Source: Mobula hypostoma (taxonomy: Eukaryota). Taken from it: a stretch of 64,000 bases of DNA. The position numbers were made by a program, and so were the translations under genes. Location: contig NC_086097.1 of the NCBI RefSeq assembly GCF_963921235.1, positions 158,660,001-158,724,000 of the forward strand, written 5' to 3'. Positions 50,550 through 62,995 of the stretch are shown here, in pieces. The notes under the pieces were generated by a model. The model was not told where the DNA came from and did not search any database. It saw nothing but the letters and a program-made list of their open reading frames with translations. Numbering within the stretch: the first letter of the stretch is position 1; every line of letters begins with the position of its first letter.

Positions 50550-52019
50550 TGAAACCTATTGAATGGTGAAAGGCCTTGTTAGAGTGGATCTTTCCTTTGG
50601 TGGGAGAGTCTAAGACCAGAGGACACAGCCTCAGAATAGAGGGTTGTCCCTCTAGAATGGAGATGAGGAGGAATTTCTTTAGCCAGATAGTGAAGTGCCT
50701 GTGGAATTCCTTACCACAAGCAGCTGTGGAGGCCATGTCTTTATGTATATTTAAAGCAGAGGTTGATAGATTCTTGATTGGTCGGGAAGAAGGCAGGAGA
50801 TTGGGCTGAGAGAAAAAAATTGGACCAGCCATGATGAAATGGCAGAGCAGACTCGATGGCCCAAATGGTCTAATTCTTCTCTTGCATCTTAGAGCCTTAT
50901 GGTTCCATTGATTTCACTTTCTACATTGTCATATTTCCTTCTTCAATAACGATACTAAATTAAGTAGGATTGTGACCAAAGCAGGACGCATAGAAACTTC
51001 ATGGGGGCATGCTGATTGAGTGGATGACTGATGAGATATGTGAAGTTATCCACCTTGATGTACAAAGGAAAAAAAAAATGTTTTAAACAGTGTGGGGATA
51101 TATTGTGTTTATGTCTGAAGGGACATTCCTGTAGAAGGGCTTTGCATACAAGTCACTGAAAGCCAACTCACAGACGCAACCTGTAAATGATAGAAGAGGA
51201 TCTGAAAGAAGAAACAAAAGGTGTTTTCCTGTGGTTGTACAGGTCCTCGTAGACCTCAATTGGGTTATCTTCTCTTCTTACCAAAAAAAAGAGCATATGT
51301 TTGCCAAGACAGAGTACAGCAAAGATTTATTAGACTGCTTCTAAGAATGGTGGGTGTGCTGAATGAGGAGAATATGAATAAATTAATGAGAGTTTAGAAA
51401 AATGAGAAGAAATATAGTTGAAACTTGCAAGTATCTTACAGAGCTTGATATGCTGAGTGTAGGGAGGATACCTCCTTTGCATGAGGAATTTAGAACAATG
51501 TTTTACAGTTTCATAATAAAGCGTAGATTGATTAGGACTGAAATGGGGAGAAAGTTCTTCATTAAGATGTGAATGTTTGGAATTCCCAATTCCTGAGGAC
51601 TGTAGGAGCTTACTTGTTAACTTTATTCAAAACACAGTTGGATAAAATTCTGGATAATGAGATGGTCAATGGATATAGAGACAAAACAGGGATTGGTGCT
51701 GAAGCAGAAGATCTGTTATGATCATGATGAATGGAAAAACGGATGTGAAGGGCCAAAGGGCCTTATCTAGATCCTACTTCTTATTTTTTTCTGTAAAAAC
51801 TTCACGTGTTTCCAGCTATGCTTGTTTCTTTTTGTTGAATGGTAAGAAGTGTGACCTCATTGTTACTTATGAATTATTTTGGCAATAACTTTCTTTGACT
51901 CTGCTAATTATTCAGCTGCTTTGTAGAATCCCATTCCATTGCTTTCTGCTGAAGAAATTGTCAGAATCCTTTGAGACACAACAGACTGAAGATCCTGGAA
52001 TCTGGGACATCTCAAAATA

Positions 52020-52618
52020 GAAGGGGTGATTGATAAGTTTGTGGCCTAAGGTAGAAGGAGTCAGTTTTAGAAAACCTAGCACATTTATTTTTAAACATAG
52101 TCCCCTCCTGCATTTATACACTTGGTCCTGCGGTCATGGAGCATACGGATCTTGGACCTCCAGGAAGTGTCCACAGCAGGGGTGATTGATAAGTTTGTGG
52201 CCTACAGGAGAAAGAGGTGAGTTATACAGCTCTCATTATATGCACATGCAGTTAAACTCTTTGAGTGATTATGCAGAAAGTTTGAAGTTAATAACTCATC
52301 TCCTTCTACCTTAGGCCATGAACTTATCAATCACCCTGATGAGTCATTAACTTCAAACTTTCTGCATAATCATTCAAAGAGTTGACCTGCATGTGCATGT
52401 AATGAGAGCTGTATAACTCATCTCTTTCTACTGTAGGCCACAAACTTATCAATCACCCCTGCTGTGGACACTTTCTGGAGGTCCAGGATCCGTATGCTCC
52501 ACGACCGCTGGACTAAGTGTGTAAATGTAGGAGGGGACTATGTTGAAAAATAAATGTGCTAGATTTTCTAAAATGGACTCCTTCTACCTTAGGTGACGAA
52601 CTTATCAATCAAGCCTCG
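52020..52618. mobile_element. Palindromic (fold-back) mariner-derived MITE
   Basis: TA at 52018-19 and 52619-20. The left ~280 bp is the reverse complement of the right ~280 bp. 52488-52553 reads IRMLHDRWTKCVNVGGDYVEK*, a mariner transposase C-terminus. Confidence 0.88.
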
Positions 52619-53604
52619 TAGGCAGGAGTGGAAGTCAGTGGGTCAGGCAGCATTTGTGGAGGGAAATGGACACTTTATCTGCACCCTCATCTAGTCCTGA
52701 CTCAAAACTTAGACTGTGCCTTTCCCTCCATAGATGCTTCCTGGCCTACTAACTTCCTCAGGCACCTCCTTCATTGTTGCCAGGATATTAGCCCATTAAA
52801 ATGGTCTTGTTCTCAGCTCAGCAATATTAGTTATTTTAAGAAGGTATTTTACAATATTATGCTTTCACTTTTCCTCTTAGACATCATTGTTTCAAAGCGT
52901 GAATAATGGAGTAGTATGCCTTGATATTATGATTTCATTTGAAAAATCTCTTGAAGAGAAAAAAATCAATTTTACATGATCATAATTAATGGCTGTTGTA
53001 ACACTGCAAAGGCATGGGTGGGTTGGAGATGAGTCATGAGCACTCATGCTTACATTGCTGGTCATGAGTGCCCATTAAATTATTTAGATCCAATTTTATT
53101 TGTGGAATTGGCACTGACTGTGTCAGGCACTTACACCTACTTCTTCCAGAGAATGGAGCTTTTAGCATGAAGAATCTGGTTTACCATTGCTCTTATTTTT
53201 GCTGATTGCCTATCTGCAGAAGTCTTTGCTCATTTAGGTTCACTAATCATGAATGTAGTCATTGATATTTACTCATCCATATTATTGGACTAATGAAGTT
53301 GTTTGTCCATCTCCCAAAATACTTCTATCCATTAAGAAGCCATATAAGCACACCAGTATCATTCTTTCTTTATCAATGCTAATGTGCCACTCAGACACAG
53401 GAATATTATTGAAAAACTGACTGCACATCAAAAGAAGCACAAACAGGAAGGTGCAATGGATCTGTGGTGGTGCTGTGTGGCCAAATGGAAGTCTTAACTC
53501 ACTTTGGGTGGCAGGAAAACTAAACACTTAACTGAATATGATGTGACTGCAACTAATTTGATGGACAGAGACTACATCTGTCAACCTGAAGCATCGCATT
53601 GACA

Positions 53605-53908
53605 CGGCTAATGGAGCTCCAACCTCACAGGTCCAGAGACCCAGGTTCAATCCTGACCTCTGGTCCTGCCGGAGTTTTCATGTTCTTCCAGCGATGCATG
53701 GGTTTCTTCCTAGTCTTCCAATTTCCACCCATGTCTCTCAAACATGAGGGTGTGAGGTTAATTGACCCTAGAGTTTAGATGAGTGGTAGAATCTGGTGGG
53801 AGTTGCAATGTGGGAAGAATAAAATCAGGTGAGGTTTGATTAGTCTAAAAAGAGATGCTTTATGGTCAGTGAGACTAAGTGGGCCTGTTTCCTTATTGCA
53901 TACTCTGA
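53605..53908 (+). mobile_element. V-SINE (HE1-like) decayed copy
   Basis: B box ggttcaatcc at 53644, V-domain-like ggagttttcatgttcttcc...tgggtttcttcc, and a CR1-like tail gggcctgtttcc. Confidence 0.6.
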
Positions 53909-54234
53909 GCCAGAGGTTACTATATATCTAACTCAAGAACTCACGGTATAAGAAGTTGCACAAGGAAGGGTGGAAACAACAATGGAAACATACGCGATAG
54001 GGTAGAAACCAAGCGATAATAATGGTGCAGTCTAAGAGATGGTTGTATAAATAACATGCCCTCATCATTCCATCTCAGCCAGTACCACCACCATTTGAGT
54101 TATTTAGGTTTTCTTGGTTTCCATTCCAGCACTGACACTCTCTTAGTTTTCAATTTGAAACATGACTGATTTCTGATTTTTTTGGATGACAGGGAATCGG
54201 TCAGAAATGTTAATTTTATTTCACGCTGCTGCCT

Positions 54235-54365
54235 TTGGAGAGTTTTTACATTCTCCTGTGACCAACTGGGTTTTCTCCGGGTGCTCTGGTTTCCTCCCAG
54301 CATCCAAAGACATGGGTAAATTAATTAGTCATTGTAAATTGTCCTGTGATTAGGCTGGGATAAAA
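54235..54365 (+). mobile_element. V-SINE central-domain fragment
   Basis: tgggttttctccgggtgctctggtttcctcccagcatccaaagacatg. Confidence 0.6.
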
Positions 54366-56462
54366 TTAACTTGGGTATGGATTGACAGGATAGAAACATA
54401 GAAACATGGAAACATAGAAAATTTACCGCACAATACAGGCCGTTCAGCTCACAAAGCTGTGCCGACCATGTCCCTACTTTAGAACTACCTAGGCTTTACC
54501 CACAGCCCTCTATTTTCCTACGCTCCATGTAGCCATCCAGGAGTCTCTTAAAAGACCCTATCGTATCTGCCTCCACCAGCGCCACTGGCAGCCCATTCCA
54601 CGCACTCACCACTCTCTGCGTAAAAAAACTTACCTCTGACATCTCCTCTGTACCTGCTTCCAAGCACCTTAAAACTATGCCCTCTCATGCTAACCATTTC
54701 AGCCCTGGGGAAAAGCCTCTGACTATCCACACGATCAATGCCTCTCATTATCTTGTACACCTCTATCAGGTCACCCCTCAACCCCTGTTGCCCCAGGGAG
54801 AAAAGCCGAGTTTACTCAACCTATTCCCATAAGGCATGCTCCCCATTCCAGGCAACATCCTTGTAAATCTCCTCTGCACCCTTTCTATGGTTTCCGCATC
54901 CTTCTTATAGTGAGGCGACCAGAATTGCACACAATACTCCAAGTGGGGTCTGATCAGGGTCCTATATAGCTGCAACATTACCTTTGGCTCTTAAACTCAA
55001 TCCACGATTGATGAAGGCCAATGCACCGTATGCCTTCTTAACCACAGAGTCAACCTGCATAACAGCTTTGAGTGTCCTATGGACCCCAAGATCCTTCTGA
55101 TCCTCCATACTGCCAAGTGTCTTACCTTTAATGTTATATTCTGCCATCATATTTGACCTACCAAAATGAACCACCTCACACATATCTGGGTTGAACTCCA
55201 TCTGCCACTTCTCAGCCCAGTTTTGCATCCTATCAATGTCTCGTTGTAACCTCTGACAGTCCTCCACACTGTCCACAACACACCCAACCTTTGTGTCATC
55301 AGTAAATTTACTAACCCCTCCCTCCACTTCCTCATCCAGGTCATTTATAAAAATCACAAAGAGTAGGGGTCCCAGAACACATCACTGAAGCAGACCGTTG
55401 GTCACCGACCTCCATGCAGAATAAGACGCGTCTACAACCACTCTTTGCCTTCTGTGGGCAAGCCAGTTCTGGATCCACAAAGCAATGTCCACTTGAATCC
55501 CATGCTTCCTTACTTTCTTAATAAGCCTTGCATGGGGTACCTTATCAAATGCCTTGCTAAAATCCATATACAGTACATCTACCGCTCTACCTTCATCAAT
55601 GTATTTAGTCACATCCTCAAAAAAATCAAACTGTCTTTTAAGGCACAACCTGCCCTTGACAGAGTCATGCTGACTATTCCTAATCATATTATGCCTCTCC
55701 AAATGTTTGTAAATCCTGCCTCTCAGGATCTGCTCCATAAACTTACCAACCACTGAAGTAAGACTCACTGGCCTATAATTTCCTGGGCTATCCCTACTCC
55801 CTTTCTTGAATAAGGGAACAATATCCACAATCATCCGGAACCTCTCCCATCCTCATTGATGATGCAAAGATCGTTGCCAGAGGCTCAGCAATCTCCTCCC
55901 TCGCTTCCCACAGTAGCCTGGGGTACATCTCATCCAGTCCCTGTGACTTATCCAACTAGATGCTTTCCAAAAGCTCCAGCATATCCTCTTCCTTAATACC
56001 TACATGCTGAAGCTTTTCAGTCCACTGCAAGTCATCCCTACAATCGCCAAGATCCTTTTCCATAGTGAATCCTGAAGCAAAGTATTCATTAAGTACCTCT
56101 ACTATTTCATCCGGTTCCATACACACTTTTCGAGTGTCACACTTGATTGGTCCTATTCTCTCACGTCTTATCCTTTTGCTCTTCATATACTTTTAGAATG
56201 CCTTGGGGTTTTCCTTAATCCTGTCTGCCAAGGCCTTCTCATGGCCCCTTCTGGATCTCCTAATTTCATTCTTAAGCTCCTTCCTGCTAGCATTATAATC
56301 TTCTAGATTCCTATCATTACCTAGTTTTTTCAACCTTTCATAAGCTCTTCTTTTCTTCTTGACGAGATTTACAACAGCCTTTGTACACCATGGATCTTGT
56401 ACCCCACCATCCTTTCCATGTCTCATTGAAACGTACCCAGTCAGAACCCCACGCAAATATCC

Positions 56463-56722
56463 CATAAGTCCATAAGACCATACAACAAAGGAGCAGAAGT
56501 TGGCCATTTGGCCCATCGAGTCTGCTCCACCGTTTTATCATGAGCTGATCCCTTCTCCTATTTAGTCCCACTCCCCCTGCCTTCTCACCATAACCTTTGA
56601 TGCCCTGGCTACTCAGATACCTATCAATCTCTGCCTTAAATACACCCAATGACTTGGCCTCCACTGCCACCCGTGGCAACAAATTCCATAGATTCACCAC
56701 CCTCTGGCTAAAAAAATTTCTT
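56463..56722 (-). mobile_element. CR1 3'-end fragment (same family as 27374-28822)
   Basis: ccataagtccataagaccata tail; reads RNFFSQRVVNLWNLLPRVAVEAKSLGVFKAEIDRYLSSQ. Confidence 0.85.
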
Positions 56723-57627
56723 CCCCTGAACATTTGCCACATTTCTTCCATACGTTTCCCTGATAAAATCTGTTTCTAATTTATATTTCCGAGTTCCTGC
56801 CTGATAGCCTCACATTTCCCCTTACTCCAACAAAACGTTTCCCTAACTTGTCTTTTCCCATCTCTCTCCAATGCTATGGTAAAGGAGATAGAATTATGAT
56901 CACTATCTCCAAAATGTACTCCCACTGAGAGATCTGACATCTGACCAGGTTCATTTTCCAATACCAGATCAAGTACTCTCCTCTTGTAGGCTTATCTACA
57001 TGTTGTGTCAAGAAACCTTCCTGAACATGCCTAATAAACTATTACCCCATCCAAACTTCTCACTCTAGGGAAATACCAATCAATATTTGGGAAATTAAAA
57101 TCTTCCACCACAACAACCCTGTTATTATTACTCCTTTCCAGAATCTGTCTCCCTATCTGCTCCTCGATGACCCTGTTACTATTGGATGGTCTATAAAAAA
57201 CACCCAGTGGAATTATTGACCCCTTCCTATTCTTAACTTCCACCCACAGAGACACCATTGATAACCCCTTCATGACTTCCTTCTTTTCTGCAGCTGTGAC
57301 ACTATCCCTGATCCACAGTGCCACGCCCCCACCTCTTTTGCCTCCCTCCCTATCCTTTCTGAAACATCTAAAGCCTAGCACTTGAAGAAGCCATTCCTGC
57401 CCCTGCACCATCCAAGTCTCTGTAATGGCCACAACATCATAGCTCCAAGTGCTGATAAACACTCTAAGCTCATCTACTTTATTCATAATACTCCTCGCAT
57501 TAAAATAGACATATCTCAATCCGTTGGTCTGAGCGCATCCCATCGCTATGACCTGCCTACCCTCCCTTTCGCACTGTCTCCAAGCTTTCTCTATTTGTGA
57601 GCCAACCTCCCTTTCCTCTGTAACTTT

Positions 57628-58763
57628 AGTAAACTGATTCCTAAGCTCCAGAACCTGGGCCTTAGCACTCAGATCTGCTGCTGGATCTTCAACTTCCTCA
57701 CAGACAGGACCCAGGCTGTAAAAATAGGGGACAAGCTCTCCCCTACAATCACTCTGAGCACCGGTGCCCCACAAGGCTGTGTACTCAGCCCCCTGCTGTA
57801 CTCACTGTACACCCATGATTGTGTAGCCAAGTTTCCATCAAGCTCAATATATAAGTTTGCTAATGACACAACAATTGTAGGCCGTATCTCAGGTAATGAT
57901 GAGTTTGAGTACAAAGAGGAAATTAAGAACCTGGTGGCATGGTGTGAAGACAATAACCTATCCCTCAACGTCAGCAAGACGAAGGAATTGGTTGTTGACT
58001 TCAGAAGCAGTAGCGGACCACATGACCCAATTTATATCGGTGGTGCACAAGTGGAACAGGTCAAAAGCTTCAAGTTCCTCGGGGTCAATATCACAAGTGA
58101 CCTAACTTGGTCTAACCAAGCAGAGTCCACTGCCAAGAAGGCCCACCAGTGCCTTTACTTCCTGAGAAAGCTAACGAAATTTGGCCTGTCCCCTAAAACC
58201 CTCACTAATTTTATAGATGCACCGTAGAAAGCATTCTTCCAGGGTGCATCACAACCTGGTATGAAAGTTGTCCTGTCCAAGACCGGAAGAAGCTGCAGAG
58301 GATCGTGAACACAGTGCAGCACATCACACAAACCAATCTTCCGTCCTTGAACTCACTTCACACCGCATGCTGTTGGAGCAGTGCTGCCAGGATAATCAAG
58401 GACACGACCCACCCAGCCAACACACTTTTCGTCCCTCTTCCCTCCGGGAGAAGGCTCAGGAGCTTGAAGACTCATACGGCCAGATTTGGGAACAGCTTCT
58501 TTCCAACTGTGATAAGACTGCTGAACGGATCCTGACCCAAATCTGGGCCGTACCGTCCAAATATCCGGACCTGCCTCTCGTTTTTTTTTGCACTACGTTA
58601 CTTTCCCTTTTCTATTTTCTATTTATGATTTATAATTTAAATTTTTAATATTTACTATCGATTTGTAATCCAGGGAGCACGAAGCACAGAAGCAAATATC
58701 GCTGTGATGATCATACGGTCCAGTATCAATTGTTTGGCGACAGTAAAGTAAAGCAAAGTAAAG
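57628..58763 (+). mobile_element. Relatively young 5'-truncated Rex1/Babar-type LINE
   Basis: Reads [40 protein letters not shown] and [16 protein letters not shown]; (GTAAA)n tail at 58743-58763. Confidence 0.88.
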
Positions 58764-58849
58764 TTCCCACCCCCCAGCAATTCTAGTTTAAACTCTCCCC
58801 AATAGCTTTAGCAAACCTTCCCACCAGGTTATTGGTCCCCTCGGATCCA

Positions 58850-59693
58850 TTTCATTTTTTTGTAACTTATTTTTTTTCTTGAAATTCATCATCAAACAAA
58901 CATTTCCATAAGATGTATTTCAGATACTGTACATATATACTGTATCATATATTCACATTTGCCATAAATCTCCACATAGTATTTATCTGAGGTATACAAC
59001 TATAGAAAAGAAAGGAAAGAAAGATCAAGCAAAAGGAAAAAAGAACTATGTACAAGTGGGGAGTGATTTTTTTTAACAACATTTTCATTGATTTGTGAGA
59101 ATAAAATCAGGCCTATGGGTGTTATGTAGTTAAACAATTTTTCCCAATATGAATCAAATTGATCCTACTTATAATTTACAGATGCTGTTATCTTATCTAT
59201 TTTGTAAATGTCCATTGTAATTTCCATCCATGCGTTTAACGTTGGGCTCTTCTGTGATAACCATTTCCTGGTAGGAGTTCTTTTTACCAACCACCAGCAG
59301 TATATTCATTAAATATTTATCTCTTTTCAACCACTCTTGAGGTATATACCCAAAATATATGGTCTTACTTTCTAAGGGTACTTCATATTTTAAAATGTCT
59401 TGTAGGGCATTGTTCCTCCCACTCCAACAGTCTTTGATAATGGGGCAATCCCGGAAAATATGATAATAGTTTGCATTTTGATTTCCACAATTTATCCAGC
59501 AAACAGGGTAGTTACTATCATAATGGGTTTTCTGAGAGGGTGTGATAAAGTATCTTATCAGGTTTTTCCACCTAAACTCCCTCCATTTCTGTGAACTAGT
59601 ACACTTCCATTGATACCTCCGTATTACTGTCCATTCTTCCTCAGATATAATTATCCTCCTTCCTTCTCCCATTTTGTTTTAATGTATGAAGTC
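58850..59693 (-). mobile_element. L1/Tx1-type 3' fragment
   Basis: T-rich tail on the + strand; C-terminal Cys/His motif CWINCGNQNANYYHIFRDCP; imperfect duplication ggtcccc-tcggatcca / ggtccccctaggattca. Confidence 0.75.
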
Positions 59694-60037
59694 GGTCCCC
59701 CTAGGATTCAAGTGCAACCCGTCCTTTTTGTACAGATCACACCTGCCCCAGAAGAGGTCCCAATGATCCAGAAATCTGAATCCCTGCCCCCTGCTCCAAT
59801 TCCTCAGCCACGCATTTAACCTCCACCTCATTCTATTCCAAGACTCACTGTCATGTGGCACAGGAATGGAAAGGCCTATTCCGCAGTGTATCTCAATGAA
59901 TAAAAATTGGTGCTGCCTGATCTGATGAGTAATCTTTATTGTTTTTATTTCAGTTTTCCAGCATAACAGCAATCGTTAGTATCATTTTGCAGTTTAAAGT
60001 TTTTTACTGAATGATACCGGATGCTTGTCAATCAAAT

Positions 60038-60757
60038 CTTTTTCAATCTTTTTATTAAGTTTCAAAATTAATAAGCATAACAATAATAATGATACAAAGA
60101 GATTGGGATTACATTAATAACACTTAACATGTACAAGCATAGATTCCAAGTAACAAATGTAGTTTAGCCTCCCAATCTCTTAACAACTAACCATGAAAAA
60201 CATATTTTATAAAGAGAAAAAAAACCCCTAAAGTGAAGAAAACAACTAAACTAAAAAAAACAAAGATTGGGCTAAAATTATTTGTTGTTAACTCTGCTCC
60301 TCTATAAATGACAAAAAATTACTACAAAGGATTCAGAAAGGGTCAACTTACATCATTTAACCGAAGGATCCATACCACTCCTAATTTTTTCCAAGTTTAG
60401 GCATACTATCGTTTGGGAAAACCATTGAAATGTAATAGGAGGATTGGAATCTTTCCACTTAAGTAAAATGGATCTTCTGGCTATTATTGAAACAAATGTA
60501 ATTAGACGACAAGCTGACGAGGATAAATGACTAGAGTCTATCACTGGTAGTCCAAAAATTGCAGTAATAGGATGAGGTTTTAAATCAATACGCACAACTA
60601 CTGAAATAATGTCAAAAATATCTTTCCAATAATTTTCTACAAGAGGACAAGAGCAGAACATATGTGTCAAGGAAGCTACCTCAGAATTACATCTATCACA
60701 AACAGGATTTATATGGCAGTAAAAACGAGCTAACTTATCATTGGACATATAAGCCCG
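60038..60757 (-). mobile_element. L1/Tx1-type 3' fragment (second family)
   Basis: Reads CDRCNSEVASLTHMFCSCP...ARRSILLKWK...LEKI, with a T-rich tail at the left end. Confidence 0.75.
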
Positions 60758-60873
60758 TCAAGCTTATCAATATTCAGTAACACTTTGAATGCTCAGCAAC
60801 ATTAATACCACACTTGGCATTATTTAATATCCAACAGTATAAAGCTAATTGGTAAATCTAGAACTGTTGTCTT

Positions 60874-62368
60874 CGCTACATCGACGACTGCATTGGCGCT
60901 GCTTCCTGCACGCATGCAGAACTCGTTGACTTTATTAACTTTGCCTCCAACTTTCACCCTGCCCTCAAGTTTACATGGTCCATTTCCGACACCTCCCTCC
61001 CCTTTCTAGATCTTTCTGTCTCTGTCTCTGGAGACAGCTTATCCACTGATGTCTACTATAAGCCTACTGACTCTCACAGCTATCTGGACTATTCCTCTTC
61101 TCACCCTGTCTCTTGCAAAAACGCCATCCCCTTCTCGCAATTCCTCCGTCTCCGCCGCATCTGCTCTCAGGATGAGGCTTTTCATTCTAGGACGAGGGAG
61201 ATGTCTTCATTTTTTAAAGAAAGGGGCTTCCCTTCCTCCACTATCAACTCTGCTCTTAAACGCATCTCCCCCATTTCACGTACATCTGCTCTCACTCCAT
61301 CCTCCCACCACCCCACTAGGAATAGGGTTCCCCTGGTCCTCACCTACCACCCCACCAGCCTCCGGGTCCAACATATTATTCTCCGTAACTTCCGCCACCT
61401 CCAACGGGATCCCACCACTAAGCACATCTTTCCCTCCCCCCCTCTCTCTGCATTCCGCAGGGATCGCTCCCTACACAACTCCCTTGTCCATTCGTCCCCC
61501 CCATCCCTCCCCACTGATCTCCTTCCTGGCACTTATCCGTGTAAGCGGAACAAGTGCTACACATGCCCTTACACTTCCTCCCTCACCACCATTCAGGGCC
61601 CCAAACAGTCCTTCCAGGTGAGGCATCACTTCACCTGTGAGTCGACTGGGGTGATATACTGCGTCCGGTGCTCCCGATGTGGCCTTTTATATATTGGTGA
61701 GACCCGACGCAGACTGGGAGACCGCTTTGCTGAACATCTACGCTCTGTCCGCCAGAGAAAGCAGGATCTCCCAGTGGCCACACATTTTAATTCCACATCC
61801 CATTCCCATTCTGACATGTCTATCCACGGCCTCCTCTACTGTAAAGATGAAGCCACACTCAGGTTGGAGGAACAACACCTTATATTCCGTCTGGGTAGCC
61901 TCCAACCTGATGGCATGAACATTGACTTCTCTAACTTCCGCTAGGCCCCACCTCCCCCTCGTACCCCATCTGTTACTCATTTTTATGCACACATTCTTTC
62001 TCTCACTCTCCTTTTTCTCCCTCTGTCCCTCTGAATATACCTCTTGCCCATCCTCTGGGTCACCCCCCCCCGTCTTTCTTCCCGGACCTCCTGTCCCATG
62101 ATCCTCTCGTATCCCCTTTTGCCTATCACCTGTCCAGCTCTCGGCTCTATCCCTCCCCCTCCTGTCTTCTCCTATCATTTTGCATCTCCCCCTCCCCCTC
62201 CCACTTTCAAATCCCTTACTCACTCTTCCTTCAGTTAGTCCTGACGAAGGGTCTCGGCCTGAAATGTCGACTGCGCCTCTTCCTATAGATGCTGCTTGGC
62301 CTGCTGCGTTCACCAGCAACTTTGGTGTGTGTTGCTTGAATTTCCAGCATCTGCAGAATTCCTGTTGT
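60874..62368 (+). mobile_element. Penelope-like element, 5'-truncated; frame open from RT (RYIDD) through GIY-YIG endonuclease to the stop at 61944
   Basis: Reads RYIDDCIG...LPFLDL...YYKPTD...GVIYCVRCSRCGLLYIGETRRRLGDRFAEH...LEEQHLIF. Flanked by AACTGTTGTCTT (60862-60873) and AACAGTTGTCTT (62369-62380). Confidence 0.93.
62236..62273 (+). ncRNA. Minimal type I hammerhead ribozyme motif in the Penelope 3' region
   Basis: AGTC-CTGACGA-AGG.GTCTCGG.CCT-GAAA-TGTC-GACT: stem I, a CUGANGA core, stem II, GAAA and a GUC cleavage triplet. Confidence 0.7.
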
Positions 62369-62995
62369 AACAGTTGTCTTAGATTGTCCAGATTTTTGCG
62401 TGACCTCGGTAGCTCACAGTTTACACCCTTGTGGAGTTTTCTTTTGCACTCATTGAAATTGCAAGGTTATAAACAGCGTAGCAAGAGCAGTGGGATATCT
62501 GGCAACTCTATAAAAAAGGGAGTACCAATGGGATTTAAGGATTATGAAAGGAACAATAATTAAAGTGTGAATTGGATTCAATTCAGAAAGAAAACAAGTA
62601 CATAGACTCTGAAAGATTGGAGAGAGTAAAACAGGGAAAACAAGATTAAAGTGTGATGTTTTGAAGGATTTTATAAATAATTTGCTACAGGAAGAAATGG
62701 GAGTGAACAGTTAATTTATTCCCCTTCTGTGCCAAAAAGGTTGATTGGAACCCCATTAACAATTAGCACAATGTTAAAAGGGTACTTGTATACTGAATTA
62801 TCAGTCTTTAACTTTCTGCAGTAGATGTAATGGGCAACTAATTTGCACCTCTTGCTTGTTCTTGAAAATAACAAGGAGGCCAAGGGCAAGATAACATTTA
62901 TGTGATGCAGATGGTGAGTAGTGCATTGCAACTAATAAATTTTGCAGTCAAAACTGACATCAAACCTCTTAATACCCAACTTCTCATTTTTTATT

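Larger units (their letters stand above)
47000..50902 (+). mobile_element. Old, heavily decayed CR1 ORF2 with two nested insertions
   Basis: Fragments GDFNMQVDW, ANDHNMIE, KSPGPDG, YLDFQKAF and FVAKFADNMK; the CR1 3' UTR is at 50760-50902. Confidence 0.85.
54391..59865 (-). mobile_element. CR1 LINE (ORF2 + end of ORF1) with three nested insertions
   Basis: (AAACATAG)n tail; RT pieces at 54548-55834; EN NARSIMNK/TETWM near 57400-57510; ORF1 end (WDLFWGRCDLYKKDGLHLNPRG) at 59694-59865. Confidence 0.9.

Noticed and set aside
57031..57774. 247-aa ORF with a novel N-terminus fused to an endonuclease
   Set aside because: It is a chimera across an insertion junction: antisense Rex1 sequence running into the CR1 endonuclease.
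61738..62319. 193-aa minus-strand ORF
   Set aside because: It is the antisense shadow of the Penelope 3' region, which has a low-complexity pyrimidine tract; no recognisable domain.
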